Both the position numbers and the translations under genes were made by a program. From Candidatus Cloacimonadales bacterium (GTDB taxonomy: Bacteria > Cloacimonadota > Cloacimonadia > Cloacimonadales > JAFGVF01), in assembly GCA_963667035.1 (NCBI GenBank), contig OY762964.1, positions 2,688,001-2,752,000 of the forward strand: DNA of 64,000 nucleotides. The letters run 5' to 3'. Numbering within the stretch: the first letter of the stretch is position 1; each line of letters opens with the position of its first letter. Shown here one piece after another: positions 47,311 to 56,946 of the stretch. The notes under the pieces are model-generated. The model was not told the origin of the DNA. It did not search any database and saw nothing but the letters and a program-made list of their open reading frames with translations.

Positions 47311-49755
47311 ATGAAAAAGAAACTCTTAACTCTCGCAATGCTGTTAATCGGAATAATTTCCGTTTGTTCAGCAAAACAACTCAGTGGAACCGTAACTGAT
47401 AAAACTACGGGTAATCCGATAGAAAACGCAATTGTTTCCACTGAACAATCAACAGTTACAACTGATACTAAAGGTCATTTCATAATTGAGACATCAGATA
47501 ATGAAATCAATGTTAAAAGAATGGGCTATGAAGAGCTTGAAGTTGCCGTTAATTCAGATTATCTTAAAATTAAACTGGAAAGAAAATCTGTCGAACTTTC
47601 AGGAGTGAAAGTCTCGACAACTCGTGTAAAGACAGAAACTTCACCTATTACTATCACTAATATTGACCAGGAAGAGATTCTCGAAGTTAGTTATGGACAA
47701 GACATTCCACTTCTTCTTGACGATGTACCAAACTTGCACACATACTCAGAGGCCGGTTCAGCTTTAGGTTACTCTCACATGAAAGTTCGAGGATTTGATG
47801 AGAGGAGAATCGGTATTATGGTTAATGGAATACCTTTCAATGATCCTGAAGACCATTCCGTATACTGGGTTGATATGCCGGACTTGGCAGAAAATGTTGA
47901 AAATATTCAGTTCCAAAAAGGTGTAGGTAATTCTCAATATGGTGTTTCAACTTTTGGTGGTTCACTTAATTTAATGACAAACAGCCTTAACAATCCTTAT
48001 CTTGCTGAGATTAGTTCCAATTACGGAAGTTTCAATACATGGAAGTATAGTGCAAAAATAGCAAAAGACCTTGGAAAAGGTTTTATCTCATCATTACGAT
48101 TCTCACAAATGGCATCTGACGGTTATAGAGATAATACTGCTTCCAAGATGTGGTCATACTTCTATAATCTTTCTTATATAGGTAAAAACTCGGTAACCGA
48201 GTTTAACACTTATGGAGGTAACGAAGTTACTCATGCGGCTTGGTATGCTTCTCCGATAGCTGAATTGAATGATAACCCTCAACATAATCCCAAAACTTAT
48301 GACAATGAAATAGATGATTTTTCTCAACCTCACTATGAGCTTCATAATCGTTGGAGAATAAATGATAAGTTGCTTTGGCAGAACTCAGCCTTTTACATCA
48401 GAGGTAAAGGTTTCTATGAACAGCTTAAGGATGAGGATGATTTATATTATTACTCACTTTCAAGCGATGATAACGACTCTGTTGCAGATGTTGTCAGACA
48501 GAAATGGGTTAAAAAACAGCACTATGGTTTAGTTTCAAACCTCACATGGTCACATCTGATGGGAGAGATTACATTCGGAACTTATCTTGCTAAGTTTGAT
48601 AGCGACCACTGGGGAGAAATTAAGAATGTATCCAATGCTGTAGATGCTGATGGAAATTCATTAGATGTAGATTATAGTGTAGGACAGAAGTATCACCAAT
48701 ACAAAGGTAATAAGGATTACATCACATTCTATGTAAATGAAAACTTTAATCTTAATGAATCCCTTTCTATGGTGGCTAACCTTCATTATCAGGGAATCAA
48801 ATACACATTTGAACAGGAAGAAGTAGGTAACTTCACTGGTGAAAACCTTCATAGTTATGATGTTGACTATGAATTCCTCAATCCGAGATTTGGTTTAAAC
48901 TATAGAGTATCTGAAGATATGAACTTGTATGGTAATGTTTCTTTTGCCGAGAGAGAGCCTGCTGATCAGGAACTCTATAACATCTGGGACGATGCTTCAG
49001 ACCTTGGAACAGCTCCTCTCTTTGAAACAAGCCATGAAGTTGTTGATAGTGAAGGAAATGTTGTGAGAATAGAATGGGAAGATCCTGTTGTAAAACCTGA
49101 AAAGGTTATTAACTATGAGATCGGACAAAGAGTTAATATTGAAGGTTGGAACATCGAAACCGCTATTTTCTGGATGGACTTTGATAAAGAAATCGTTCGT
49201 TACGGTGGTGTAGATTCCGATGGCTATCCTAACATGGGTAATGCCGATAAAACAATCCACAGAGGTGTTGAATTAGCTATTAAGAAAGAATTCTTTAATA
49301 ATTTAGGACTGTCGGCTAACGTAGCATATAATGATAACTATTTCAAGAATTTCAAAGCTTATGACACTAATTGGGATACTTACGAAACATTCGTTGTTGA
49401 CTATTCAGGAAACAAGATTGCTAACTTCCCTGATGTAATTGCCAATGCCAAGATAAGCTATAATTGGAGATGGTTAACCGCAACTTGTGAATATAAGTAT
49501 GTTGGCGAACAGTATCTTGATAATACTCAAAATCCTGATAGAACAATACCTGAATATAGTCTTGTTAATGCAGGGTTGAAATTTAAACTCACTAACATTG
49601 GTTTATTGAAGACAACAAGTATTACATTTAACGTTAATAACTTGTTTGATAAAACTTATTATACAGATGGTTATTATGATGCTTGGGATGGCGGAAATAA
49701 CTACTGGATAGGTTCAGAACGTAACTTTATGATAGGATTTAGAACCGGTATATAA
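47311..49755 (+). CDS. TonB-dependent receptor, probably for thiamine
   Basis: Signal peptide, prealbumin-like domain, plug GQDIP...VRGFD...NGIPFNDPEDH.VYW, NVNNLFD; under a TPP riboswitch. Confidence 0.9.
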   Translation: MKKKLLTLAMLLIGIISVCSAKQLSGTVTDKTTGNPIENAIVSTEQSTVTTDTKGHFIIETSDNEINVKRMGYEELEVAVNSDYLKIKLERKSVELSGVKVSTTRVKTETSPITITNIDQEEILEVSYGQDIPLLLDDVPNLHTYSEAGSALGYSHMKVRGFDERRIGIMVNGIPFNDPEDHSVYWVDMPDLAENVENIQFQKGVGNSQYGVSTFGGSLNLMTNSLNNPYLAEISSNYGSFNTWKYSAKIAKDLGKGFISSLRFSQMASDGYRDNTASKMWSYFYNLSYIGKNSVTEFNTYGGNEVTHAAWYASPIAELNDNPQHNPKTYDNEIDDFSQPHYELHNRWRINDKLLWQNSAFYIRGKGFYEQLKDEDDLYYYSLSSDDNDSVADVVRQKWVKKQHYGLVSNLTWSHLMGEITFGTYLAKFDSDHWGEIKNVSNAVDADGNSLDVDYSVGQKYHQYKGNKDYITFYVNENFNLNESLSMVANLHYQGIKYTFEQEEVGNFTGENLHSYDVDYEFLNPRFGLNYRVSEDMNLYGNVSFAEREPADQELYNIWDDASDLGTAPLFETSHEVVDSEGNVVRIEWEDPVVKPEKVINYEIGQRVNIEGWNIETAIFWMDFDKEIVRYGGVDSDGYPNMGNADKTIHRGVELAIKKEFFNNLGLSANVAYNDNYFKNFKAYDTNWDTYETFVVDYSGNKIANFPDVIANAKISYNWRWLTATCEYKYVGEQYLDNTQNPDRTIPEYSLVNAGLKFKLTNIGLLKTTSITFNVNNLFDKTYYTDGYYDAWDGGNNYWIGSERNFMIGFRTGI

Positions 49756-49764
49756 ATAATTAAT

Positions 49765-49800
49765 AATACCTGTGCCACAATTAAGTGGCACAGGTTATTT
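49765..49800 (+). terminator. Stem-loop between the TBDR and S-component genes
   Basis: ACCTGTGCCAC-aattaa-GTGGCACAGGT, an 11-bp stem with a weak U-tail. Confidence 0.6.
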
Positions 49801-49813
49801 AATAGAGGATACA

Positions 49814-50380
49814 ATGAAAAAACTTAAATTATCCGAGATAATCTTTATTACTGTAGTATCAACAGCTATGGGTGTATTCTGGTGGGGATATACCTTCTTG
49901 TACGATATTGTTTCACCTTTTTTAAAACCTCTGGGAATTGAAAATCTGATGTCCGGTGTTTGGTTAATGGGAGCAGTATTCTTTCCATTTATCATTAGAA
50001 AACCGGGAAGTGCTATTCTTGGAGAAACTGTTGCAGCATTTGTCCAAGGCTTCATTGCTAGATGGGGGATTACCTCAATTCTTTTCGGATTTGGTCAGAG
50101 CGTACTTGTTGAACTGTTTTTCCTCTCCTTAGGATATAAACGTTGGAACAGAGCGGTAATGATGATAGCTGCCATGCTCTCGGCAATAAGCTCATACCTT
50201 GTATCATTGTTTTACGAAAAGTGGTATACCTACTCGGTTGCTTTCAATATTAAACAAATAATATGTTACCTTATTGGGGGTGTTTTGTTTGCGGGAATTC
50301 TTAGTATCTTTGTTGCTAACAGATTAAAGAAGACAGGTATATTAAACCAGTTCGAAATTGTAATGGATGATTTGAAATAA
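49814..50380 (+). CDS. ECF transporter S component (YkoE-like, thiamine or precursor)
   Basis: Six TM segments; G.W.M, IIRKPGSA..GE..AA, Q...ELFF motifs. GAGGA precedes ATG 49814. Confidence 0.8.
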   Translation: MKKLKLSEIIFITVVSTAMGVFWWGYTFLYDIVSPFLKPLGIENLMSGVWLMGAVFFPFIIRKPGSAILGETVAAFVQGFIARWGITSILFGFGQSVLVELFFLSLGYKRWNRAVMMIAAMLSAISSYLVSLFYEKWYTYSVAFNIKQIICYLIGGVLFAGILSIFVANRLKKTGILNQFEIVMDDLK

Positions 50381-50382
50381 GT

Positions 50383-51456
50383 TTATTTTAGAGCAGTATA
50401 TCTGCTTCCGGCTATTCTTCTAATCATCCCGTCCATCTCAAGCTCCAAGAGATTTGCGGATAACTCACCGAAGCTTTGACCGGTTAATTCAATCAAAGTA
50501 TCAATATCCAAAGGCTCGTTAGCTTCAGAAATAAACTTGTAAATTGGATTTGAAGAATCAGGTATATTTGTTTGTTTTAACCTCGTAGACTTTATCCCGA
50601 GTTCAACCATTAATTCATCAATATCAGTAATCGGGGTTGCACCCATATTGATAAGCTTGTTTGCACCTTTTGCCGTTTCTCTTGTAATATCACCGGGAAC
50701 GGCAAACAAGGCTCGATTCTGTTCAATGGCAAATCTTGCAGTAATCAGAGCTCCGCTTTTCTCTCCACCTTCTATTAGAATGACAGCTCTGGAAATACCG
50801 CTAATCAATCTGTTTCTTTCAGGGAAATGCCATCTTTCAACTTTCTCTCCCGGAAGGTATTCCGATAACAATAATCCTTTTTGTGCTATTGCTTCTGCCA
50901 TTTCTCTATGTCCAGGAGGATAAATGAGGTCGATGCTTCCCGGTAGTATAGCAATAGTGCTTCCATTTTTCTTGAGAGCTACCCGGTGGGCCTCGGCATC
51001 AACTCCATAGCTTAATCCGCTAACAATCGTTACACCCGCTTCTGCTAGTCTTTCGACAATTGAATTTGTAACTCTAACACCATAATTGCTAATCTTTCTG
51101 GTTCCAATGATAGCTATACAATCATTAGTGATAGAAAGATTACCTTTATAAAATAGAAATAGAGGAGGACAATACAAGGATTTGAGAATTTCAGGATACT
51201 CAGGATCAAGGATAGAGCAGAAGCTCATGTCCAATTCATCAAATATTCTATTCTGATGTTGGTCGAACTCAAGATCGGTTTTACTCCATATCTTTGAGAC
51301 ATTGTAAGGAATGATACTGTCTTCATGAATAGAGGAATGGGGTGTTCCTATATAATTATAAGGTTCACCCCATTTGTTAATAATCTTATATTTATCAATT
51401 AACCGGATTCCCTTCTGATTTCTGAGAGTAATCCAGGCTTTGATTCTTTTATTCAT
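50383..51456 (-). CDS. dprA: DNA processing protein DprA/Smf
   Basis: YP..L...PP.LFYKG, IAIIGTR, VSGL.YGVD..AH, FPERNRLISG, SGALITA, VPG; C-terminal winged helix. Confidence 0.95.
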   Translation of the reverse strand: MNKRIKAWITLRNQKGIRLIDKYKIINKWGEPYNYIGTPHSSIHEDSIIPYNVSKIWSKTDLEFDQHQNRIFDELDMSFCSILDPEYPEILKSLYCPPLFLFYKGNLSITNDCIAIIGTRKISNYGVRVTNSIVERLAEAGVTIVSGLSYGVDAEAHRVALKKNGSTIAILPGSIDLIYPPGHREMAEAIAQKGLLLSEYLPGEKVERWHFPERNRLISGISRAVILIEGGEKSGALITARFAIEQNRALFAVPGDITRETAKGANKLINMGATPITDIDELMVELGIKSTRLKQTNIPDSSNPIYKFISEANEPLDIDTLIELTGQSFGELSANLLELEMDGMIRRIAGSRYTALK

Positions 51457-52459
51457 GCTTCTCTGAAAGAGTAAACAGTTTTCGTTTTAAGATATTAATA
51501 TTCTTCCCGGATACGGATGATATTGCCATTATCTCTTCATGTACTTGTTCTGCAAACACTTCTTTAAGCTCTTTGAGTCTTTCGTCAATATCATCTGCAG
51601 GAATCGTATCAATCTTACTCATAACTATCAAGTGAGGTTTTCTATCTAAGAATTCATCATAGTTATGAAGTTCTGACTTTAAAATCTGATAATCATTAAG
51701 AGGATCAGAAGAGTTAATATCCAATAAGAAGAGCAATACCTTCGTTCTCTGTATATGCTGAAGGAATTGTATTCCAAGACCTTTGCCTAGATGTGCACCT
51801 TCAATAATTCCGGGTATATCAGCCATAACAAAGTTCTCATATTCACTAACAGAAATAACACCTAGTGATGGTTCAAGAGTAGTGAACTGATAATCGGCAA
51901 TCTTAGGTCTGGCGGCAGAAACAGTGCTAAGCAAAGTAGACTTACCGGCGTTAGGGAATCCTACCAAACCGACATCAGCCATAAGTTTGAGCACTAACTC
52001 AAGACTTTTGGATTGACCCGGTCTTCCATCTGTTGCGGTTCTAGGAGTTCTATGGGTAGCAGTTGCAAATCTTGTATTTCCTTTACCTCCCCGCCCACCT
52101 TTAGCAATGATTATCTCTTCATCAGAATCAATAATATCTGCAATCTTAATTCTCTCTCCGTCTATCATTTCCCATATCTCTGTGCCAATAGGAACTTCAA
52201 TGACCTCATTTTTCCCACTTCTACCAGTACGATTACCACCTCCTCCATTCTGACCGTTCTCCGCATTAATAGTTTGAACATGTCTAAAACTAAGTAGTGT
52301 ATTTATGTTACTGTTTCCTTTGAAAACAACATGACCACCATATCCACCGTCTCCCCCATCGGGCCCACCTTTGGGAATAAACTTTTCTCTTCTGAAACTA
52401 ATACAACCGTGTCCTCCGTTACCTGCACGTACTCTCACTTTCGCATGATCAATAAACAT
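51449..52459 (-). CDS. obgE: GTPase Obg/CgtA
   Basis: FRREKFIPKGGPDGGDGG, GFPNAGKST, YQFTTL, DIPG. Confidence 0.97.
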   Translation of the reverse strand: MFIDHAKVRVRAGNGGHGCISFRREKFIPKGGPDGGDGGYGGHVVFKGNSNINTLLSFRHVQTINAENGQNGGGGNRTGRSGKNEVIEVPIGTEIWEMIDGERIKIADIIDSDEEIIIAKGGRGGKGNTRFATATHRTPRTATDGRPGQSKSLELVLKLMADVGLVGFPNAGKSTLLSTVSAARPKIADYQFTTLEPSLGVISVSEYENFVMADIPGIIEGAHLGKGLGIQFLQHIQRTKVLLFLLDINSSDPLNDYQILKSELHNYDEFLDRKPHLIVMSKIDTIPADDIDERLKELKEVFAEQVHEEIMAISSVSGKNINILKRKLFTLSEKHE

Positions 52460-52601
52460 TCTATTTCCTTTATTTCTTATTCGTATTATTTTACTTCAAC
52501 ATAAAAATATCTCTGTCATGTAAAGTCAATTGTAAATTTTCATTGACGTATATTGTTAAGATTTAATACTCTTAGTAATAACAGTAGGTAATGGGAAATT
52601 C

Positions 52602-53210
52602 ATGAACTATAAATTATTTTTGGTGCTGATTAGTTTGGTCTTGCTATCAGCATGTTCGTTAAACAAAAGTCACAGTAAGCGGAGTAGTGATATGGAATTA
52701 AGATTTCCGCAAGATAAGATTGCATCTGAAGAAATTAATAAAAAAAAGAAACAACCTTATGCAGAAGAAAAGGGTCATTATATATTAGTAATCAAGCACC
52801 TCTTCAAACTCTATCATTACGAGAATGGTATTCCGGTTGCAGAATATTTTGTTGCTACCGGACTAAATTCAGGAGATAAACAATCAGTAGGTGATATGAG
52901 AACACCTGTTGGCAGATTTCCGATAGTAAGTATAGAGGATTCATCAACTTGGGAACATGATTTTAATGATGGGCATGGCTCAATAAAGGGAGCTTACGGA
53001 CCTTGGTTTATAAGACTTATGACTAATAGCGATACAACAGTAAGCAAGCAGACTTGGACCGGTATTGGTATACACGGTACTCATGCACCTGAATCTATTG
53101 GAAAAAGAGCAACAGAAGGTTGTATAAGATTAAAAAATAAGGACATCAGAGATTTAGTTAAATCTTTACCAGATAATGGGATTAATACAATCGTAGAGAT
53201 TATTGAGTAA
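52602..53210 (+). CDS. L,D-transpeptidase (YkuD family) lipoprotein
   Basis: Lipobox LSAC; RTPVG, IGIHGT...GCIRL catalytic His/Cys. Confidence 0.9.
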   Translation: MNYKLFLVLISLVLLSACSLNKSHSKRSSDMELRFPQDKIASEEINKKKKQPYAEEKGHYILVIKHLFKLYHYENGIPVAEYFVATGLNSGDKQSVGDMRTPVGRFPIVSIEDSSTWEHDFNDGHGSIKGAYGPWFIRLMTNSDTTVSKQTWTGIGIHGTHAPESIGKRATEGCIRLKNKDIRDLVKSLPDNGINTIVEIIE

Positions 53211-53216
53211 TTTTGT

Positions 53217-54056
53217 CTATATGTAGCTCTTTAATAAAGCTATTTCATTAGCCCAAATGTCCTCATTGGGAGTTTCCAAGATAAGAGGAATTTCATCGAA
53301 TCTACTATCTTGCATAATTAATCTGAAAGCTGTTAGACCAATCTTCCCTTCACCAAGATTCTCATGTCTATCTACATTTGAGGAAAGCTCTTTTTTAGAG
53401 TCATTCAAATGCATTCCTTTGAGCATGTTAAAACCTATAATACGATTAAACTCACTAAATACTTTATCAAAACCCTCTTCCGAGCTTAAATCATAACCTG
53501 CTGTATATGCATGACATGTATCAATACAGACACCTACCCTTGAAACGTCAATCACACCATCAATAATCGTTGCAATCTGCTCAAACGTATAACCCAGATT
53601 AGACCCTTGTCCAGCCGTGTTCTCTATTACAGTTATAACATTACTGCATCTTCTATGGGCTCTATTTATTGATTCAGAGATTAATTGAAGTGCACTATCT
53701 TCTTCAATTAACTTAAGATGACTTCCGGAATGAAAGTTAAGTAGCTTTAAACCTAACTGATTACATCTTTGCATTTCATCAATGAATGCTTGTAAAGATT
53801 TCTCCCTTAATTCACTATCAGGATGTCCTAAGTTTATTAAATAGCTATCATGAGGTAGAATTTTGTCCAAATTAAATTCGTTTGTAATACAGTTCTGCTT
53901 AAAATTTACAATAGACTCGGTAGTTAATGGTTTACTAACCCATCTTCTTTGATTCTTAACAAACAAGGCAAAAGTATCTGCCCCTATCTTTTTTGCATTT
54001 AGTGGAGCCTTATCCACTCCTCCCGATGCACTTACGTGAGCACCAATATACTTCAT
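53217..54056 (-). CDS. nfo: Endonuclease IV
   Basis: [46 protein letters not shown]. Confidence 0.95.
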   Translation of the reverse strand: MKYIGAHVSASGGVDKAPLNAKKIGADTFALFVKNQRRWVSKPLTTESIVNFKQNCITNEFNLDKILPHDSYLINLGHPDSELREKSLQAFIDEMQRCNQLGLKLLNFHSGSHLKLIEEDSALQLISESINRAHRRCSNVITVIENTAGQGSNLGYTFEQIATIIDGVIDVSRVGVCIDTCHAYTAGYDLSSEEGFDKVFSEFNRIIGFNMLKGMHLNDSKKELSSNVDRHENLGEGKIGLTAFRLIMQDSRFDEIPLILETPNEDIWANEIALLKSYI

Positions 54057-54277
54057 TGAAAACTCCAGAATGAATTTATGAGCATTCTATGAAGCAACTG
54101 ATAATGTGCAAGTTTTTTAACATAAGTTCGTATTAAACAAACAAAAGGAAATGAGATGACCTTGGAAAATAAAGCTTAAGTTATATATAATAACAATATC
54201 AAACAAAAAAAGAATTGCAGAAAAACCCGATTTAGGATTAAAATGAACCAAATCTAATATCTTGAGGTTAAGAAAGA

Positions 54278-54913
54278 GTGAGTGAATCATATACATCTAA
54301 CACTATTATTTCATATATAAACTCATTTTTGAGTTATCCCAATCCCGTTTTACCGGAAATGGAAAGGAAGCATCAGACAAGAATAAACATTCAACCTAAT
54401 ATGAGTTTACAGGGAGCTACATTATTACAGTGTCTTTTAATAATGAACAATGCAAAACATGTAATCGAGATAGGTGCATGTATAGGTTACTCGGCAATAT
54501 TCATTGGTGAAGTAATGAAAAAGAACGGTGGTAAGTTGTACACTATAGAGATTGATGAAAGATTTATCCCTGAAATCTATGAAAACATCTTATCTGCTGA
54601 TTTATACAAACAGATTGAAGTAATTAACGGAGATGCCGAGGAAAAACTTGATACAATATCCGGAGAAGCCGACTGTATCGTGTTGGATGCTAATAAACCT
54701 TTGTATCCGAGAATACTTACAAAATGTATTGATAAACTTAGGGTTGGCGGTTTTATTTTTGCAGATGATACCCTCTTTAAGCCTATGGGATTAGCAAAAA
54801 GACTCAGTGAGCCCATGGACGAATACAATAAGCTGGTTTTTAATCAAAGCAATCTGATTAGTACAATATTGCCTATAGGTGATGGAATTACTCTAAGTAT
54901 AAAAACAAGTTAA
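54278..54913 (+). CDS. SAM-dependent O-methyltransferase (COMT/YrrM-like)
   Basis: IEIGACIGYS, TIE, GDA, LDANK..Y, GG....DD, LPIGDG. Confidence 0.85.
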   Translation: MSESYTSNTIISYINSFLSYPNPVLPEMERKHQTRINIQPNMSLQGATLLQCLLIMNNAKHVIEIGACIGYSAIFIGEVMKKNGGKLYTIEIDERFIPEIYENILSADLYKQIEVINGDAEEKLDTISGEADCIVLDANKPLYPRILTKCIDKLRVGGFIFADDTLFKPMGLAKRLSEPMDEYNKLVFNQSNLISTILPIGDGITLSIKTS

Positions 54914-54923
54914 GGAGAACTAA

Positions 54924-55478
54924 ATGATAAAAAAGAGTATTTACATAATTGTTGTTATAGCTTTAGCTATTGTAATGATGGCAGCAGACAGTGATAACGA
55001 AGTTAAGAAGCTATTTAGAAAATCAAGAATTAAACAGTGTGGCGGCACTCTGATACAAAAAGAAGACGGATGGTATTTAAAAGCAGATAATAATCAGGAA
55101 CCAATGCTTTATATTGACTCTGCTGATATTGAGAACAACGAGAAAGTGAATTGGGTTAATGGGGCTACAGTAAAATTAGTAGGTCTTGCTCATCAGGAAA
55201 AGCTCTTAGTTACTACTGTCATTACTGAAACTGATACAATATTTGTAAGGGACTCTAAAGGTGATAAATATACGGAAGAAGGTCTTGCTTCAAAGTGGAG
55301 TGTCATTCCTGAAAAATGTATAGGTTGTGGACTCTGTGTAAGATTATGTCCTGTTGATGCAATAACTATGGTTAAAGGCAAAGCTTTGATTGATCAATCA
55401 AAGTGCATTAATTGCGGTAATTGTGCTCATGGTGGAATCAGAGGAAGAGGTTGTCCTACAAGTGCAATTAAGAAATGA
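54924..55478 (+). CDS. Exported protein: N-terminal beta-rich domain plus 2[4Fe-4S] ferredoxin domain (Fd1)
   Basis: Signal peptide MIKKSIYIIVVIALAIVMMA; CIGCGLCVRLCP and CINCGNC-x9-CP. Confidence 0.85.
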   Translation: MIKKSIYIIVVIALAIVMMAADSDNEVKKLFRKSRIKQCGGTLIQKEDGWYLKADNNQEPMLYIDSADIENNEKVNWVNGATVKLVGLAHQEKLLVTTVITETDTIFVRDSKGDKYTEEGLASKWSVIPEKCIGCGLCVRLCPVDAITMVKGKALIDQSKCINCGNCAHGGIRGRGCPTSAIKK

Positions 55479-56466
55479 AATTATCCTATTCATATTAGTA
55501 ACTGTTTTTTTACTATTAGTCGGATGCAACGATTCCATATCCAAACTTTCTGTTGCAAGCAATATTGCACCCGACCCAATATCCGGACTTACAACACTTA
55601 AAGTAAATGACAATTATATTCAAGTTATTTGGGATATACCTATTAGTGATTACTTGGACCATTACATGGTTTATATATGTGAGAATAGCGATGTATTGAC
55701 TTTAACTGATAACTTATATACTGATAAGCTCCTCGGATTTGCAGGAAAGAATAGACAGGGTATCACTATTAGAAATCTGCAAGCATCTACAGAGTATAAA
55801 CTTGGTGTTATTTCTGTTAACAAGTATGGAGCAAATAATGGACTTCAAGATTCAATTGTAGTTACAACTACCGACTTGCATATAAATGATACTGAAGTGC
55901 CACAAACACCGGAGTTAGTTAATATCTCAGCCCATTTAACAAAAGGTATTGATTCCGCAGCTAATACTGAGATTGAAATAGAGTTTACCCCTGGGAATGG
56001 AGAAGAGTTAATTACACCTGATATTAGGTTTTCTCCTATGCCTGCTTTTGCGAACTGGGATTCAGCTTTTCCAATCACTAATTCGGAATTATTTGTTCCT
56101 GAGGTTTTAAATGGAGAGACAGGTGTTATAAGATTTAATTTTCAAGATGCAGCTTGGCCTATACCGTTCCAAATGAATGATTTTGAGTTTATGATATTAC
56201 TTAAAAGCAAAGATGCAGAAAACAACGTATCAGAAAACTCCATAAATACTATGGGTATATTCAAAGTTGAAGTTCAATCAGGCTGTATAAAATGCTGGAA
56301 CTGCATAAATATTTGTCCTGAAAACGCTATTTCTAAATCAAGTTCAAAGGCCGTAATTGATATAACAAAATGCACCAGATGTGGCGATTGTGTGTTGAAA
56401 TGTGCAGATAAAGGTTCTGAAGTAATCTTCTTCAAGACTGAAGAAACCGGAGGCTCCAAATGGTAA
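55462..56466 (+). CDS. Lipoprotein: FN3-like domain(s) plus C-terminal 2[4Fe-4S] ferredoxin domain (Fd2)
   Basis: GTG start after GAGGAAGAGG gives MQLRNEIILFILVTVFLLLVG-C. FN3 hallmarks (W, Y, NL...TEY.L.V.SVN); CIKCWNCINICP and CTRCGDCVLKC. Confidence 0.8.
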   Translation: MQLRNEIILFILVTVFLLLVGCNDSISKLSVASNIAPDPISGLTTLKVNDNYIQVIWDIPISDYLDHYMVYICENSDVLTLTDNLYTDKLLGFAGKNRQGITIRNLQASTEYKLGVISVNKYGANNGLQDSIVVTTTDLHINDTEVPQTPELVNISAHLTKGIDSAANTEIEIEFTPGNGEELITPDIRFSPMPAFANWDSAFPITNSELFVPEVLNGETGVIRFNFQDAAWPIPFQMNDFEFMILLKSKDAENNVSENSINTMGIFKVEVQSGCIKCWNCINICPENAISKSSSKAVIDITKCTRCGDCVLKCADKGSEVIFFKTEETGGSKW

Positions 56467-56711
56467 AGAAACTGGTATTGCTTGGCTTAATACTTATAAC
56501 GATTCTTCTTGCAGTAACTATTGAAGACAAGCGTAGCCCACTGGTTCTCAAGAATAAATGCGTAGGATGTGGAGACTGTATTGAGGCATGTCCGGTTGAA
56601 GCTATTGAGCTTAAAAAAGGTAAAGCTACTATAGACAACCAAATATGTATAAATTGCGGAATATGCTTCAAAACTTGTACATACAGTGCCATCAGGAGTG
56701 AGAATGAATAA
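56460..56711 (+). CDS. Small exported or anchored 2[4Fe-4S] ferredoxin (Fd3)
   Basis: MVKKLVLLGLILITILLA leader; CVGCGDCIEACP and CINCGICFKTC; RBS GGAGG. Confidence 0.85.
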   Translation: MVKKLVLLGLILITILLAVTIEDKRSPLVLKNKCVGCGDCIEACPVEAIELKKGKATIDNQICINCGICFKTCTYSAIRSENE

Positions 56712-56946
56712 GATAGTTATCGTTCTTGTCATAATGGTTGTTGCACTTGCTATCGGTTGTGATAAAGTTACAAAGCCCGAATATAACGTTGAGAATTCAA
56801 CATGTAATGCTTGTGGTAACTGCATTGATGTATGTCCTAACGATGCTATAGAGTTTGATAAAAATGGAAAAGCAATTATAGACCAAACTAAATGTATTCA
56901 ATGTGCCAAGTGCATTCCGGTTTGCCCTCAAGGAGCGATATACTAA
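56704..56946 (+). CDS. Small lipoprotein 2[4Fe-4S] ferredoxin (Fd4)
   Basis: ATG 56704 after AGGAG; MNKIVIVLVIMVVALAIG-C lipobox; CNACGNCIDVCP and CIQCAKCIPVCP. Confidence 0.85.
   Translation: MNKIVIVLVIMVVALAIGCDKVTKPEYNVENSTCNACGNCIDVCPNDAIEFDKNGKAIIDQTKCIQCAKCIPVCPQGAIY

Noticed and set aside
55390..55461. ORF-track upstream starts for Fd2, and likewise for 56686, 56892, 49772 and 38264
   Set aside because: The extensions overlap neighbouring genes or hairpins. Downstream starts have RBSs or stop-start coupling, and for Fd2, Fd4 and the barrel they expose clean signal peptides.
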